A stretch of DNA of 64,000 nucleotides from Caldanaerobacter sp. (GTDB lineage Bacteria > Bacillota > Thermoanaerobacteria > Thermoanaerobacterales > Thermoanaerobacteraceae), in NCBI RefSeq assembly GCF_049701115.1, contig NZ_JBNATX010000001.1, positions 166,698 to 230,697 of the forward strand, written 5' to 3'. The notes beneath the pieces were generated by a model. That model was given only the letters and a program-made list of their open reading frames with translations. It did not search any database and was not told the origin of the DNA. Made by a program: the position numbers and the translations under genes. Positions 48,054-57,012 of the stretch are shown piece by piece (the stretch's first letter is position 1; the number at the start of each line of letters is the position of its first letter).

Positions 48054-48546
48054 TTACATCACTCTTTCTCAAAAAGAAATCGTTAGAAAGAGAAAACTCA
48101 TTAAGTCCCCTATCATTCCTCTGACCTTTTATATAGATATTTATCATAGAAGGTCCTTTTTGAGTAACTTTAAAATCGTAAATTTTAGTGGCCAGCTCAT
48201 GTCCTTTATTATCATCAAGATAAAGGGTATGTTTCTTCTCATCCAATTTTATAATAACCGATTTTACAGTATTGGCACTACTATCCTTCCAGTTTATCTG
48301 CAAACCCTTTCCCCCGTTTAAAATTACAACTTCATCTGGGCCTTTGTTTAATTGAGACATTATATAGTTCATAGCAAATCTTACGTTCTGTTCAACTTCC
48401 ACACTGCTTTCAGTGCTTTCAAAAGACTTATAACCCGAATAATAGAGAGAAGAGTAGACAGAAAGCACTATCCCCAGTATGGCAAGAGTAACTATGAGTT
48501 CTATCAGAGTAAAACCGCCTTCTTTTTTCACCACCATCTTAACCAC
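48043..48546 (-). CDS. Minor pilin (PilW-like)
   Basis: GG|FTLIELIVTLAILG. Confidence 0.85.
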   Translation of the reverse strand: MVKMVVKKEGGFTLIELIVTLAILGIVLSVYSSLYYSGYKSFESTESSVEVEQNVRFAMNYIMSQLNKGPDEVVILNGGKGLQINWKDSSANTVKSVIIKLDEKKHTLYLDDNKGHELATKIYDFKVTQKGPSMINIYIKGQRNDRGLNEFSLSNDFFLRKSDVSVK

Positions 48547-49187
48547 CCTGGGATAGCAAGTCCAATCCTATTGGCAGCCGTTGTAGCAATGTCTTTTAAT
48601 CTTCTGTAACCAGAATTTATGGCTTCAATAACGTAAGTAACAAATTGCGGCCCTTTTACAATAGATTCCCATCCAAAAGCTGGAATGATAACAAATAAGA
48701 TAAAAAGCACGCTCCAAACAGCAACAAGTATTATGGTTATAAGATTTAAAACATAGTTAAGTATTTTATAAAATAGATTGTCTCCTCCACCAGGAGTAGA
48801 AGGTACTACAACAGGAGTGTAATTAGTAATACTCGTTTGAGGCCCTACTATGTAGAAAGAATACAAAGAATCAGAACCTATTTTCCCAACCGATATTTTG
48901 TATTGCGTTATCCCATTCTTTTCTATCTTTTCAATATAAGGCAGAAAACCCTCTTTTTCGTAATCTTCCAGTATTCTCTTTAAATCAGCCTCGTTTTTTA
49001 CATTTCCTGCTTTTATATTTTCTGCCACTGTTCGAGCAATAGCTACTTCCTTTGTTTTTATCCTCGAATCTGCCGAAGTTATAGCTGATTGACTGAAAAT
49101 CCCCAGTAAAGGAACCGCCACTACTGCAAAGATTGCAATAGAGACCAAAACTTCTATTAATGTCATGCCTTTTTCGCTATTCAACAC
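48528..49187 (-). CDS. Minor pilin (PilV-like) with C-terminal hydrophobic extension
   Basis: KG|MTLIEVLVSIAIF; Pro/Thr linker and a second long hydrophobic segment. Confidence 0.8.
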   Translation of the reverse strand: MLNSEKGMTLIEVLVSIAIFAVVAVPLLGIFSQSAITSADSRIKTKEVAIARTVAENIKAGNVKNEADLKRILEDYEKEGFLPYIEKIEKNGITQYKISVGKIGSDSLYSFYIVGPQTSITNYTPVVVPSTPGGGDNLFYKILNYVLNLITIILVAVWSVLFILFVIIPAFGWESIVKGPQFVTYVIEAINSGYRRLKDIATTAANRIGLAIPGWLRWW

Positions 49188-49202
49188 CCCATAATATCAC
49201 CC

Positions 49203-49652
49203 TCAGTAAATTCCTTTCATCATAATACGCCCTGTCGCCGGAAGAATAGTTATTTCTATTTTCTTATTTTCATTTTTTAAAGTAATAGTGCAACCCCCGC
49301 TGGAAGGTACCCCTGTTTCCTTGAAACTTATCTCTTTTGATATATTTTTCTCTATTGTCACGCCCTGAGGAAATTTTCGTTCCTTAATAATTCTATTGTC
49401 ATTATAAGCAATTAAATAATATCCCCTTCCACCCTCCGCAACATCAAAATAAAGAATCTCTCTTTCAAAAATGCTCTTCTGCTGTATATACCTTAAATCT
49501 TTTACAACTTCTTCTGCCAGCACTTTAAGACTTAAATTGGATTTAGAAGCGTCAAGAAAACTCGTAGAAGGGATAACTAGTAAAAAAATTAAAAACAAAA
49601 TAGCTAAAGTCGATATGAGCTCTATTAAAGTTAACCCCTCTTCCCCCTTCAT
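49203..49652 (-). CDS. Minor pilin (FimU/ComGD-like)
   Basis: EG|LTLIELIST; FKETGVPSSGG..ITL...ITILPATGRI. Confidence 0.8.
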   Translation of the reverse strand: MKGEEGLTLIELISTLAILFLIFLLVIPSTSFLDASKSNLSLKVLAEEVVKDLRYIQQKSIFEREILYFDVAEGGRGYYLIAYNDNRIIKERKFPQGVTIEKNISKEISFKETGVPSSGGCTITLKNENKKIEITILPATGRIMMKGIY

Positions 49653-49656
49653 AAGC

Positions 49657-50415
49657 TTAGCCCCTTATGAGTTTTAAATAGTAATTTAAAATCTCATATC
49701 CGTATAAGATTGAAATAAGCCATCCTAAAGATAGATAAGGTGCAAAAGGTATGTAGTCCTTTCTGCTCTTTATCTTAAAAAGTACAAGTAAAACACCTGC
49801 CAAAGCTCCCAACACAACACCCAGCAACAAATTTAAAAGCACAAGCTTCCATCCTATAAAAAAGCCTATAAGAGCCATTAATTTTACATCTCCTCCCCCC
49901 ATTTCCCCTCCTGAGAGAAAAGAGATGAGAAGGAGTATGCCCCCACCCAGTAAAAGCCCCAGAATGTAGTCTAAAAAGCCATAACTATACATGAGTAGTC
50001 TAAAAATTAAAGCACCTATAAATCCAGTTATTATTATGCTATTGGGTATGATTTTGTGTTCCGAATCTATAAAACTTGCTGAAATCAGCACAGAAGAAAG
50101 AAACATGTAAGAAAAAGCCTTTACATCCAGCCCAAATTTAGAGTAAATTATTACAAATGCAATTCCTGTAAGCAGCTCCACAACAGGGTATCTTATTGAA
50201 ATTTTTTCTCCACAGTACCTGCATCTTCCTTTAAGTAAAATATAACTCAATATTGGTATTAAATCAATACCATTTAATTCATGGCCACATCTGGGACAAT
50301 GGGAAGGAGGGTATATTATGGACTCTTTTCTGGGAACTCTATATATGACCACATTTAAAAAACTTCCTATAACTGTGCCGAATAAAAATATGAGTATGTA
50401 AATTAGCATTTTCAT
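49657..50415 (-). CDS. pilD: Prepilin peptidase
   Basis: GSFLNVVIYR, SHCPRC, GRCRYC, GGGDVKL, IPFAPYL. Confidence 0.95.
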   Translation of the reverse strand: MKMLIYILIFLFGTVIGSFLNVVIYRVPRKESIIYPPSHCPRCGHELNGIDLIPILSYILLKGRCRYCGEKISIRYPVVELLTGIAFVIIYSKFGLDVKAFSYMFLSSVLISASFIDSEHKIIPNSIIITGFIGALIFRLLMYSYGFLDYILGLLLGGGILLLISFLSGGEMGGGDVKLMALIGFFIGWKLVLLNLLLGVVLGALAGVLLVLFKIKSRKDYIPFAPYLSLGWLISILYGYEILNYYLKLIRG

Positions 50416-50440
50416 GAAAACTTCCTCCTAAAAAATATTA

Positions 50441-50466
50441 AGGAGGGCACAAAAATGTGCCCTTTA
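50441..50466 (-). terminator. Hairpin or partial terminator after the major pilin
   Basis: gggcac/gtgccc stem overlapping the pilA stop. Confidence 0.45.
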
Positions 50467-50856
50467 TTTGATTATTTCGTATGTAGCAGTAGCTAATACA
50501 CTGCCCTCATCAATATATACTTCTACTTTATTGTTAGTAGTATCAAATTTAATTTTAAAAGAAGCATTCTCTTTAGATTGCGGTTTATATTCATCAGCTA
50601 GATAACCTTCACTTTTCAGGGTTCCAACATCTAAACTTGTTGGTACACTTCCTTTATCCATTACATATCTTGCAGCTGCTTCAGCTATAATTTGTGCTGA
50701 AGCTTTATCAGCTTTTTCTTTAGCAGAAGAGAGAGTTCCCGCAAATCTCGGCACAGCAATTGCTGCTAATATTCCTAATATTGCAATTACAACAATCAAC
50801 TCAATTAGTGTAAAACCTCTTTCATCCTTATTGAGTGCCTTTACAAACCATTCCAT
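50464..50856 (-). CDS. pilA: Major type IVa pilin
   Basis: RG|FTLIELIVVIAILGILAAIAVPRF. Confidence 0.88.
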   Translation of the reverse strand: MEWFVKALNKDERGFTLIELIVVIAILGILAAIAVPRFAGTLSSAKEKADKASAQIIAEAAARYVMDKGSVPTSLDVGTLKSEGYLADEYKPQSKENASFKIKFDTTNNKVEVYIDEGSVLATATYEIIK

Positions 50857-50886
50857 ACTCCTTTTTCACCCCCTTTCCCCTTGAAT

Positions 50887-52098
50887 TTACCTTCCAATGA
50901 AATTGTATAACTCAAACAGTGGCATTATTATTGAGACGACTATGAAGCCTACCACTGTTGCAAGCATTAGAATTATAATTGGCTCTAACAAAGTTGTCAT
51001 CTGTGATACTGCTGTGTCAACTTCTCTGTCAAAAAAATTTGCCGTCTTCTCAAGTATTGTATCCAAAGCGCCAGAGCTTTCTCCAACACTTATCATCTGA
51101 ATCACCATGGGAGGGAAAATTCCAATTCTTCTCAAGGGTTCAGATAAAGGTAGTCCCTTTTTCACATCTTCCTGTGCCCTTTTTATGCCCTCTGCGACTA
51201 CTGCATTGCCCACTACCTTCTCTACTACCTCCAGTGCTTTGACAAGCGGGATGCCCGCTCCAATCAAAGTCCCTAAAGTCCTTGCAAACCTTGATGTTAT
51301 TATCTTTCTATTAAGTACTCCAAAAATAGGCATTTCAAGAAGCATTCTGTCAAAAATTCGCCTTCCCTGAGAAGTCTTTGAAAATCTATATAGGACATAA
51401 GTTAAAATGAAGATAAATCCTATGTAAACATACCAATAGTTGGATATTGAACTAGCAATTAAGAGCAAAATTCTCGTAGGGAGAGGTAGCTCGACTCCTG
51501 CATTCTCAAACATCGCTATAAATATTGGAAGCACATTTGTCAATAAAAACACTACGACAAAAACTGCCACAATGCTCACAATTGCGGGATATGTCAGTGC
51601 CGATTTTACTTTCTGATTGAGGTCATTTTCCTTTTCATAGTGGTCTGCCATCTCATTCATTATCCTGTCAAGAGTACCACTGACTTCTCCCGCCTCCACC
51701 ATGTTATACAAAAGCATTGGAAAGACGTCTTCTCTCTTCCTCATAGCATCAGAAAGGGTACGTCCTTTCTGCACTTCTTCGTACACTTCTGATAAAGCCG
51801 TTTTGAGCTTTTTATTACTAACCTGTTCTTTCACTGTCGAAAGAGAAGTCAGAATAGGAATTCCTGCATTTATCAAAGTAGCAAACTGGCGGCAAAAAAC
51901 TGCAATGTCTTTGACTTTCACCCTTCTAAAAGAGCTAAAATCCAGGATGTCTTTTTTCACTACTTCTTCTTTTATGTCGATTATGTAATAATTTCTCCCC
52001 TTCAATATGTCTATGCACTGGGACTTTGAATCTACCTCCAGAGTCCCTGTAATTAAGTTGCCCCCCATGTCCCTTGCTTTGTAAAAGTACAAAGGCAT
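50887..52098 (-). CDS. pilC: Type IV pilus platform protein PilC (GspF family)
   Basis: RQFATLINAGIP, AGEVSGTL, VGESSGALD, LEPIII. Confidence 0.93.
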   Translation of the reverse strand: MPLYFYKARDMGGNLITGTLEVDSKSQCIDILKGRNYYIIDIKEEVVKKDILDFSSFRRVKVKDIAVFCRQFATLINAGIPILTSLSTVKEQVSNKKLKTALSEVYEEVQKGRTLSDAMRKREDVFPMLLYNMVEAGEVSGTLDRIMNEMADHYEKENDLNQKVKSALTYPAIVSIVAVFVVVFLLTNVLPIFIAMFENAGVELPLPTRILLLIASSISNYWYVYIGFIFILTYVLYRFSKTSQGRRIFDRMLLEMPIFGVLNRKIITSRFARTLGTLIGAGIPLVKALEVVEKVVGNAVVAEGIKRAQEDVKKGLPLSEPLRRIGIFPPMVIQMISVGESSGALDTILEKTANFFDREVDTAVSQMTTLLEPIIILMLATVVGFIVVSIIMPLFELYNFIGR

Positions 52099-52108
52099 AA
52101 AATCACCC

Positions 52109-53167
52109 CTATATCATGCGTGAAAAGCTCTCCTGGTCAACGCAGTAAGTTAAGGCGTCTTCCAAAGAGATAACCCCTGATTTTAAAAGGTGCAAAATGG
52201 ACATGTCCATAGTAATCATTCCAAATTTACTACCTGTTTGAACTGCCGACTGTATTTGGTAAGTCTTCCCTTCCCTTATGAGATTTCTTATAGCAGGGGT
52301 TGCAATCATAACTTCCGTGGCAACAACTCTTCCGCTTCCATCTTTTTTAGGAATAAGCTGCTGAGATATAATCCCTTCTAATACGTTGGAAAGCTGTATC
52401 CTTATTTGCTGTTGCTGATGAGGTGGAAACACATCAATAATCCTATCAATCGTCTTTACAGCTCCTATCGTGTGAAGAGTGGAAAGAACAAGATGGCCTG
52501 TCTCGGCAGCAGTTATTGCGATCTGTATAGTCTCCAAATCCCTCATCTCACCGACAAGTATCACATCCGGGTCTTCTCTTAATGCAGCCCTTAAAGCCGA
52601 TGCAAAGGATGTAGCATCGTGCCCAATTTCTCTTTGATTTACTATACTTTTATTGTGCTTGTGCAAATACTCTATGGGGTCTTCCAATGTAAGAATGTGA
52701 CAAGTCCTTTTAGAATTTATCCAGTCCACCATAGCCGCCAGTGTGGTGGACTTTCCACTTCCTGTAGGTCCTGTAACAAGTATCAATCCCCTTGTTTTCA
52801 AAGCCAAATCTTTAAGTATGAGTGGAAGTCCCAGCTCCTCTATAGTAGGTATTCTCAAGGCAACAGACCTGATGGCAAGGCTATAACTTCCTCTCTGCTT
52901 GTACACATTTATTCTAAACCTTCCCAAACCTGTCACAGAATAGGAAAGGTCAATGTCGCCATTTTCCTCCAGCTTTTTTAGCTGCTCGCTTGTAAGCAGG
53001 TCTTTCACTATCTCCTCTGTATCTTTAGGTGTAAAAGGCTCCCCTTCCAATTTCTGGAGAGAACCGTTAATTCTTACAACAGGCGGAACTCCCACTGTGA
53101 TATGCAAATCTGAAGCTTTTTTCTCCACAACCAATTTCAAAAGTTCAATAGTCTCCATCATCATCAT
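52109..53167 (-). CDS. pilT: Retraction ATPase PilT
   Basis: GPTGSGKSTT, EDPIE, ALREDPDVILVGEMRD, AIRNLIRE. Confidence 0.96.
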   Translation of the reverse strand: MMMMETIELLKLVVEKKASDLHITVGVPPVVRINGSLQKLEGEPFTPKDTEEIVKDLLTSEQLKKLEENGDIDLSYSVTGLGRFRINVYKQRGSYSLAIRSVALRIPTIEELGLPLILKDLALKTRGLILVTGPTGSGKSTTLAAMVDWINSKRTCHILTLEDPIEYLHKHNKSIVNQREIGHDATSFASALRAALREDPDVILVGEMRDLETIQIAITAAETGHLVLSTLHTIGAVKTIDRIIDVFPPHQQQQIRIQLSNVLEGIISQQLIPKKDGSGRVVATEVMIATPAIRNLIREGKTYQIQSAVQTGSKFGMITMDMSILHLLKSGVISLEDALTYCVDQESFSRMI

Positions 53168-54834
53168 TCCTCATAAGTTAGTCTCACCATCTCTTCGATA
53201 GTAGTTTTGCCCTGTAAAATAAGTTTTTTCGCGCTTTCTCTCAAAGTCTTCATGCCATTTTTTATAGCTTTTTCTTCAATCACATCTGAGGAAACCTTTG
53301 CATTTATGAGTTCTCTTATGTCAGAAGTCACGGGCATTATCTCGTATATAGGGATACGCCCCCTGTAGCCTGTTCTATTGCAGACAGGACAGCCTTTGCC
53401 CTTGAAAAGTGTGACCTCTTCATCTTCCGGAATCCCCAAAATCTCCTTTTCTTCCTTTGAAGCCTTATAGGGAACCTTGCAATTGTCGCACACCTTTCTA
53501 GCAAGCCTTTGAGCTATTACTCCCACTACAGAAGAAGCCACCAAATAAGGCTCAATCCCCATATCTATCAGTCTCGTTATCGCACCTGCAGCGTTATTGG
53601 TGTGAAGCGTCGAAAGCACCAGATGGCCTGTTATCGCTGCTCTTATGGCGATTTCAGCTGTCTCTGTATCTCTTATCTCCCCAATCATTATTATATCAGG
53701 ATCCTGCCTTAAGATAGACTTTAGTGCAGTAGCAAATGTAAGCCCTGCTTTTTCATTCACCTGCACTTGATTTATGCCCTCCAGCGAATATTCAACAGGA
53801 TCTTCTACTGTTATTATGTTCACATTGGGCTTATTGAGCTCTCTTAGCATTGCATAAAGAGTAGTAGTTTTACCACTTCCCGTAGGACCTGTTAAAAGCA
53901 CGATTCCATTGGGTCTTTTTATCAGTTTATCAAAAAGAGGCAAATCCTCCTCATCAAATCCAAGTTGTTCTTTTGTCATCACAAAGTTTTCCTTGTCAAG
54001 AAGCCTTAAAACTATCTTTTCGCCAAACACAGTAGGAAGGGAAGAAACCCTTACATCTACGGTTCTGCCTGACACTGTGAAATCAAATCTTCCGTCTTGT
54101 GGAAGCCTTCTTTCGGCGATATTCATATTGGCCATTATCTTTATTCTAGTCACAACAGGAGCATGCGTGCTTTTTATAGTCCTCATGGCTTCTGTAAGTT
54201 GCCCATCTACTCTGAAGCGAATCCTTAAGTCCTTTTCTGTCGGCTCAATGTGTATATCTGAGGCCCTGCTTTTCACAGCCTGCTCAATTATAGAATTGAC
54301 AAATCGCACAGCAGGAGCATTTTGGATTTCTTCCAGCACTTCTTGAGGTAGGCTTTCCTCTTCTTTAAATTCCTTTTTAAATTCCTGAGCTGCTTTTTCT
54401 GCCTGTTCTTTGCCATAGATTCTATCTATAGCTTTTAGAATGCTGCTTTCAGATGCAATCAAAGGTTTTACATTTTGTTTAGTTATAATTCTCACATCGT
54501 CCAAGGCAAAAATATTGAGGGGGTCTGCCATTGCTACATAAAGGCCGTCTTCGGCTTTTTTAACAGGAATGAGTATATGCCTTTTGGCCACAGATTCAGG
54601 AACAAGCTTTGCAACCTCAGGGTCAATGTAGTATTTATGAAGGTCCACATGGGGTATTCCGAGCTGAAATTCAAGAGCTTCTAATATCTGATTTTCTGTC
54701 ACATACCCGAGCTTTGTAAGGACTTTCCCCAATTTTTCCCCTGTTTTGCTCTGCACTTCCATGGCATGTTTCAGTTGTTGTTCCGTGATAAGCCCCACTT
54801 CCACTAGAAGTTCCCCGAGTTTTTTCTTGGCCAT
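53164..54834 (-). CDS. pilB: Assembly ATPase PilB with N-terminal MshEN domain
   Basis: KLGELLVEVGLI...Q repeats, GPTGSGKTTT, LRQDPD, CDNC...CPVC. Confidence 0.95.
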   Translation of the reverse strand: MAKKKLGELLVEVGLITEQQLKHAMEVQSKTGEKLGKVLTKLGYVTENQILEALEFQLGIPHVDLHKYYIDPEVAKLVPESVAKRHILIPVKKAEDGLYVAMADPLNIFALDDVRIITKQNVKPLIASESSILKAIDRIYGKEQAEKAAQEFKKEFKEEESLPQEVLEEIQNAPAVRFVNSIIEQAVKSRASDIHIEPTEKDLRIRFRVDGQLTEAMRTIKSTHAPVVTRIKIMANMNIAERRLPQDGRFDFTVSGRTVDVRVSSLPTVFGEKIVLRLLDKENFVMTKEQLGFDEEDLPLFDKLIKRPNGIVLLTGPTGSGKTTTLYAMLRELNKPNVNIITVEDPVEYSLEGINQVQVNEKAGLTFATALKSILRQDPDIIMIGEIRDTETAEIAIRAAITGHLVLSTLHTNNAAGAITRLIDMGIEPYLVASSVVGVIAQRLARKVCDNCKVPYKASKEEKEILGIPEDEEVTLFKGKGCPVCNRTGYRGRIPIYEIMPVTSDIRELINAKVSSDVIEEKAIKNGMKTLRESAKKLILQGKTTIEEMVRLTYEE

Positions 54835-54852
54835 AAAAATAACCTCTTCCCT

Positions 54853-55704
54853 CTACATTTCTCCCCTTATTTTCTCATACACAAAGTCTTTGTCAAAAAA
54901 CTCTCCTGTCCAGAGGTAGAAGGCATAGTTAGCCTGATTCACAAGCATTGAGAGGCCATTTGCACTTTTTACACCGTTTTTTCTTGCGTACTTTAAAAAA
55001 AGCGTCTCAGAGGGATTGTATATTAAATCATACACAAAATTAGCCTTTGCCACTACCGCCTCAGAGACTGGAGAGTTATTCACTTCAGGGTGCATACCCA
55101 CAGAAGTTGTGTTTATGAGAATATCAATTTCGTTAAATTTTTCTACTTCTTCTATACTGCAGTAATCGCATTTCACCTTAAATTCTTCCCTTATGTATTC
55201 TGCCAGCGCTTTCGCTTTATTTAAAGTCCTATTGGCTATTACAATTGATTCTACTCCTTCCCTTGCAAGGGCAAAACATATAGCTTTTGATGCTCCTCCT
55301 GCTCCCAGTACAAAGGCTTTTCTTCCTCTCACATCCTCTTTCAACTCTTTTAAGGAATCTATAAATCCCTGTACGTCTGTATTGTAGCCTTTTAAAATCC
55401 CATTTTCATTGACAACTGTATTCACAGCTCCAATTTTTTCTGCCTCTTCCGTTACAAAATCCAAATAATTCATTACGCTCTCTTTATGAGGGACAGTCAC
55501 ATTAAATCCTTTTATACCTAAAGCTTTTAGTCCTTTTACAGCATTTTCTAATAACTCAGGGGCTACATCAAAAACCACGTACACTCCATTGAAATTGAGC
55601 TTTTCAAAGGAGGAGTTGTGTATCAAAGGAGAAAGGCTATGTCTTACTGGATGCCCAATTAGTCCAAAAATCGCTGTGGTGCTATCAATTTTCATATTCC
55701 TCAA
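54853..55704 (-). CDS. aroE: Shikimate dehydrogenase
   Basis: HSLSP, NVTVPHK, GAVNTV, GYNTD, GAGGAS. Confidence 0.95.
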   Translation of the reverse strand: MRNMKIDSTTAIFGLIGHPVRHSLSPLIHNSSFEKLNFNGVYVVFDVAPELLENAVKGLKALGIKGFNVTVPHKESVMNYLDFVTEEAEKIGAVNTVVNENGILKGYNTDVQGFIDSLKELKEDVRGRKAFVLGAGGASKAICFALAREGVESIVIANRTLNKAKALAEYIREEFKVKCDYCSIEEVEKFNEIDILINTTSVGMHPEVNNSPVSEAVVAKANFVYDLIYNPSETLFLKYARKNGVKSANGLSMLVNQANYAFYLWTGEFFDKDFVYEKIRGEM

Positions 55705-56185
55705 TCCTTTTCAAAATGATTCTTTCCGCCCTTCTCACGATTTTTGTCCAGGCAAGCTCATCATCAGACAAAGGCTTTACTAAAATAGTAAAAAGCCCTA
55801 CTCTTTTCCCACCTAAAATATCTGTGAATATCTGGTCTCCAATAATAGCCGTCTCGTGGGGCTTTGCGTCCAAAAGCTTTAAAGCCTTTTTAAAAGCACC
55901 TTTTCTCGGTTTGATTGCCCAGGCAATACCTGGTATACCAGTTTTTTCTTTAAGTTGATTAACCCTTTTTCTCGTATTATTTGAAACCAGACAGATTTTA
56001 AAACCTTCCTTCTTTGCTATTTCCAGCCATTCAACAGTGTATTTATCAAGAAATTTTTCTTTTTTGGGCAAAAGGGTGTTGTCTATATCCAATATAAGGC
56101 TTGTAATGCCTTTATTTTTCAAAAAATTCAAGTCGATTTTATGTACACTTTCTACAATCATGTCAGGAATTAGTTTTTTGTACAT
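55685..56185 (-). CDS. yqeG: YqeG family HAD IIIA phosphatase
   Basis: DIDNTL, SNN, KP, GDQIFTDILGG. Confidence 0.92.
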   Translation of the reverse strand: MYKKLIPDMIVESVHKIDLNFLKNKGITSLILDIDNTLLPKKEKFLDKYTVEWLEIAKKEGFKICLVSNNTRKRVNQLKEKTGIPGIAWAIKPRKGAFKKALKLLDAKPHETAIIGDQIFTDILGGKRVGLFTILVKPLSDDELAWTKIVRRAERIILKRIEEYEN

Positions 56186-56207
56186 AAGCCCACCTCATTT
56201 AGTTAAA

Positions 56208-56237
56208 ATTATATACTACAAAAAAATAGACTGTCAA
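56208..56237 (-). promoter_or_regulatory. SigmaA consensus promoter for yqeG-aroE-pil
   Basis: TTGACA-N18-TATAAT. Confidence 0.8.
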
Positions 56238-56246
56238 TAAGACAGT

Positions 56247-56951
56247 TCACATTGAAAGCTCTTTATAAAGTTTAGTCAGCGCTTTCTTCTCAATCCTTGA
56301 GACATAAGAACGAGAAATCCCAAGCATTTTTGCAATTTCCCTCTGGGTCCTTACCTTACCATTGTAAAGTCCGTACCTCATCTCTATTATAATGCGCTCT
56401 CTGTTTTTCAAAACGCTATTTAATTTATTGTAAAGCTTTTTAATCTGTATCTTTTTTTCCACCTGATCAGATATTTCATCCTCTTCTGTTCCAAGTACAT
56501 CCATAAGTGAAATCTCATTGCCTTCCTTATCTACCCCTATTGGGTCTTGAAGAAAAACCTCTCCCCTCATCTTCTTTTCGGCCCTTATAGACATGAGAAT
56601 TTCATTTTCTATACACTTGGCAGCATATGTGGCAAGGTGAGTACCCTTTTCAAAGTCGTAAGTATCTATGGCCTTAATTAGTCCGATTGTCCCTATAGAG
56701 ATAAGGTCATCTAAATCTCTCCCCGTCCCACTGTACTTTTTCACTACATGTGCCACAAGCCTCAAATTTCTTTCAATCAGCACGTTTCTTGCCTCTTCAT
56801 CTCCGTTCTTATAGGCTTCCAAATATTTTTTTTCTTCTTCTGGAGTCAGAGGATTAGGAAAGGAATTTGTATTGCTTAAGTAACCCAAATTTATTATCTC
56901 TCTTACAACTGCCCCTAAAAGTGCAGCAACGACTTCCCACATGGCCGCCAC
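56247..56951 (-). CDS. sigK: Pro-sigma K, uninterrupted
   Basis: Hydrophobic pro-sequence, SFPNPL, RNLRLVAHVVKKY, ISRSYVSRIEK. Confidence 0.95.
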   Translation of the reverse strand: MAAMWEVVAALLGAVVREIINLGYLSNTNSFPNPLTPEEEKKYLEAYKNGDEEARNVLIERNLRLVAHVVKKYSGTGRDLDDLISIGTIGLIKAIDTYDFEKGTHLATYAAKCIENEILMSIRAEKKMRGEVFLQDPIGVDKEGNEISLMDVLGTEEDEISDQVEKKIQIKKLYNKLNSVLKNRERIIIEMRYGLYNGKVRTQREIAKMLGISRSYVSRIEKKALTKLYKELSM

Positions 56952-56977
56952 CTCTTTTTTTATAAATTACACATTTT

Positions 56978-57006
56978 ATTATATGGTTTTGCCTGAAAAA
57001 GGTGCC
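56978..57006 (-). promoter_or_regulatory. SigmaK/E-type promoter of sigK
   Basis: GGCAC-N16-CATATAAT. Confidence 0.6.
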
Positions 57007-57012
57007 TGTACA

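Noticed and set aside
50464-50856. Electrically conductive pilin
   Set aside because: By my count about 9 aromatic residues in roughly 116 mature residues (about 8%), and several Geobacter-type aromatic positions are missing; not persuasive.
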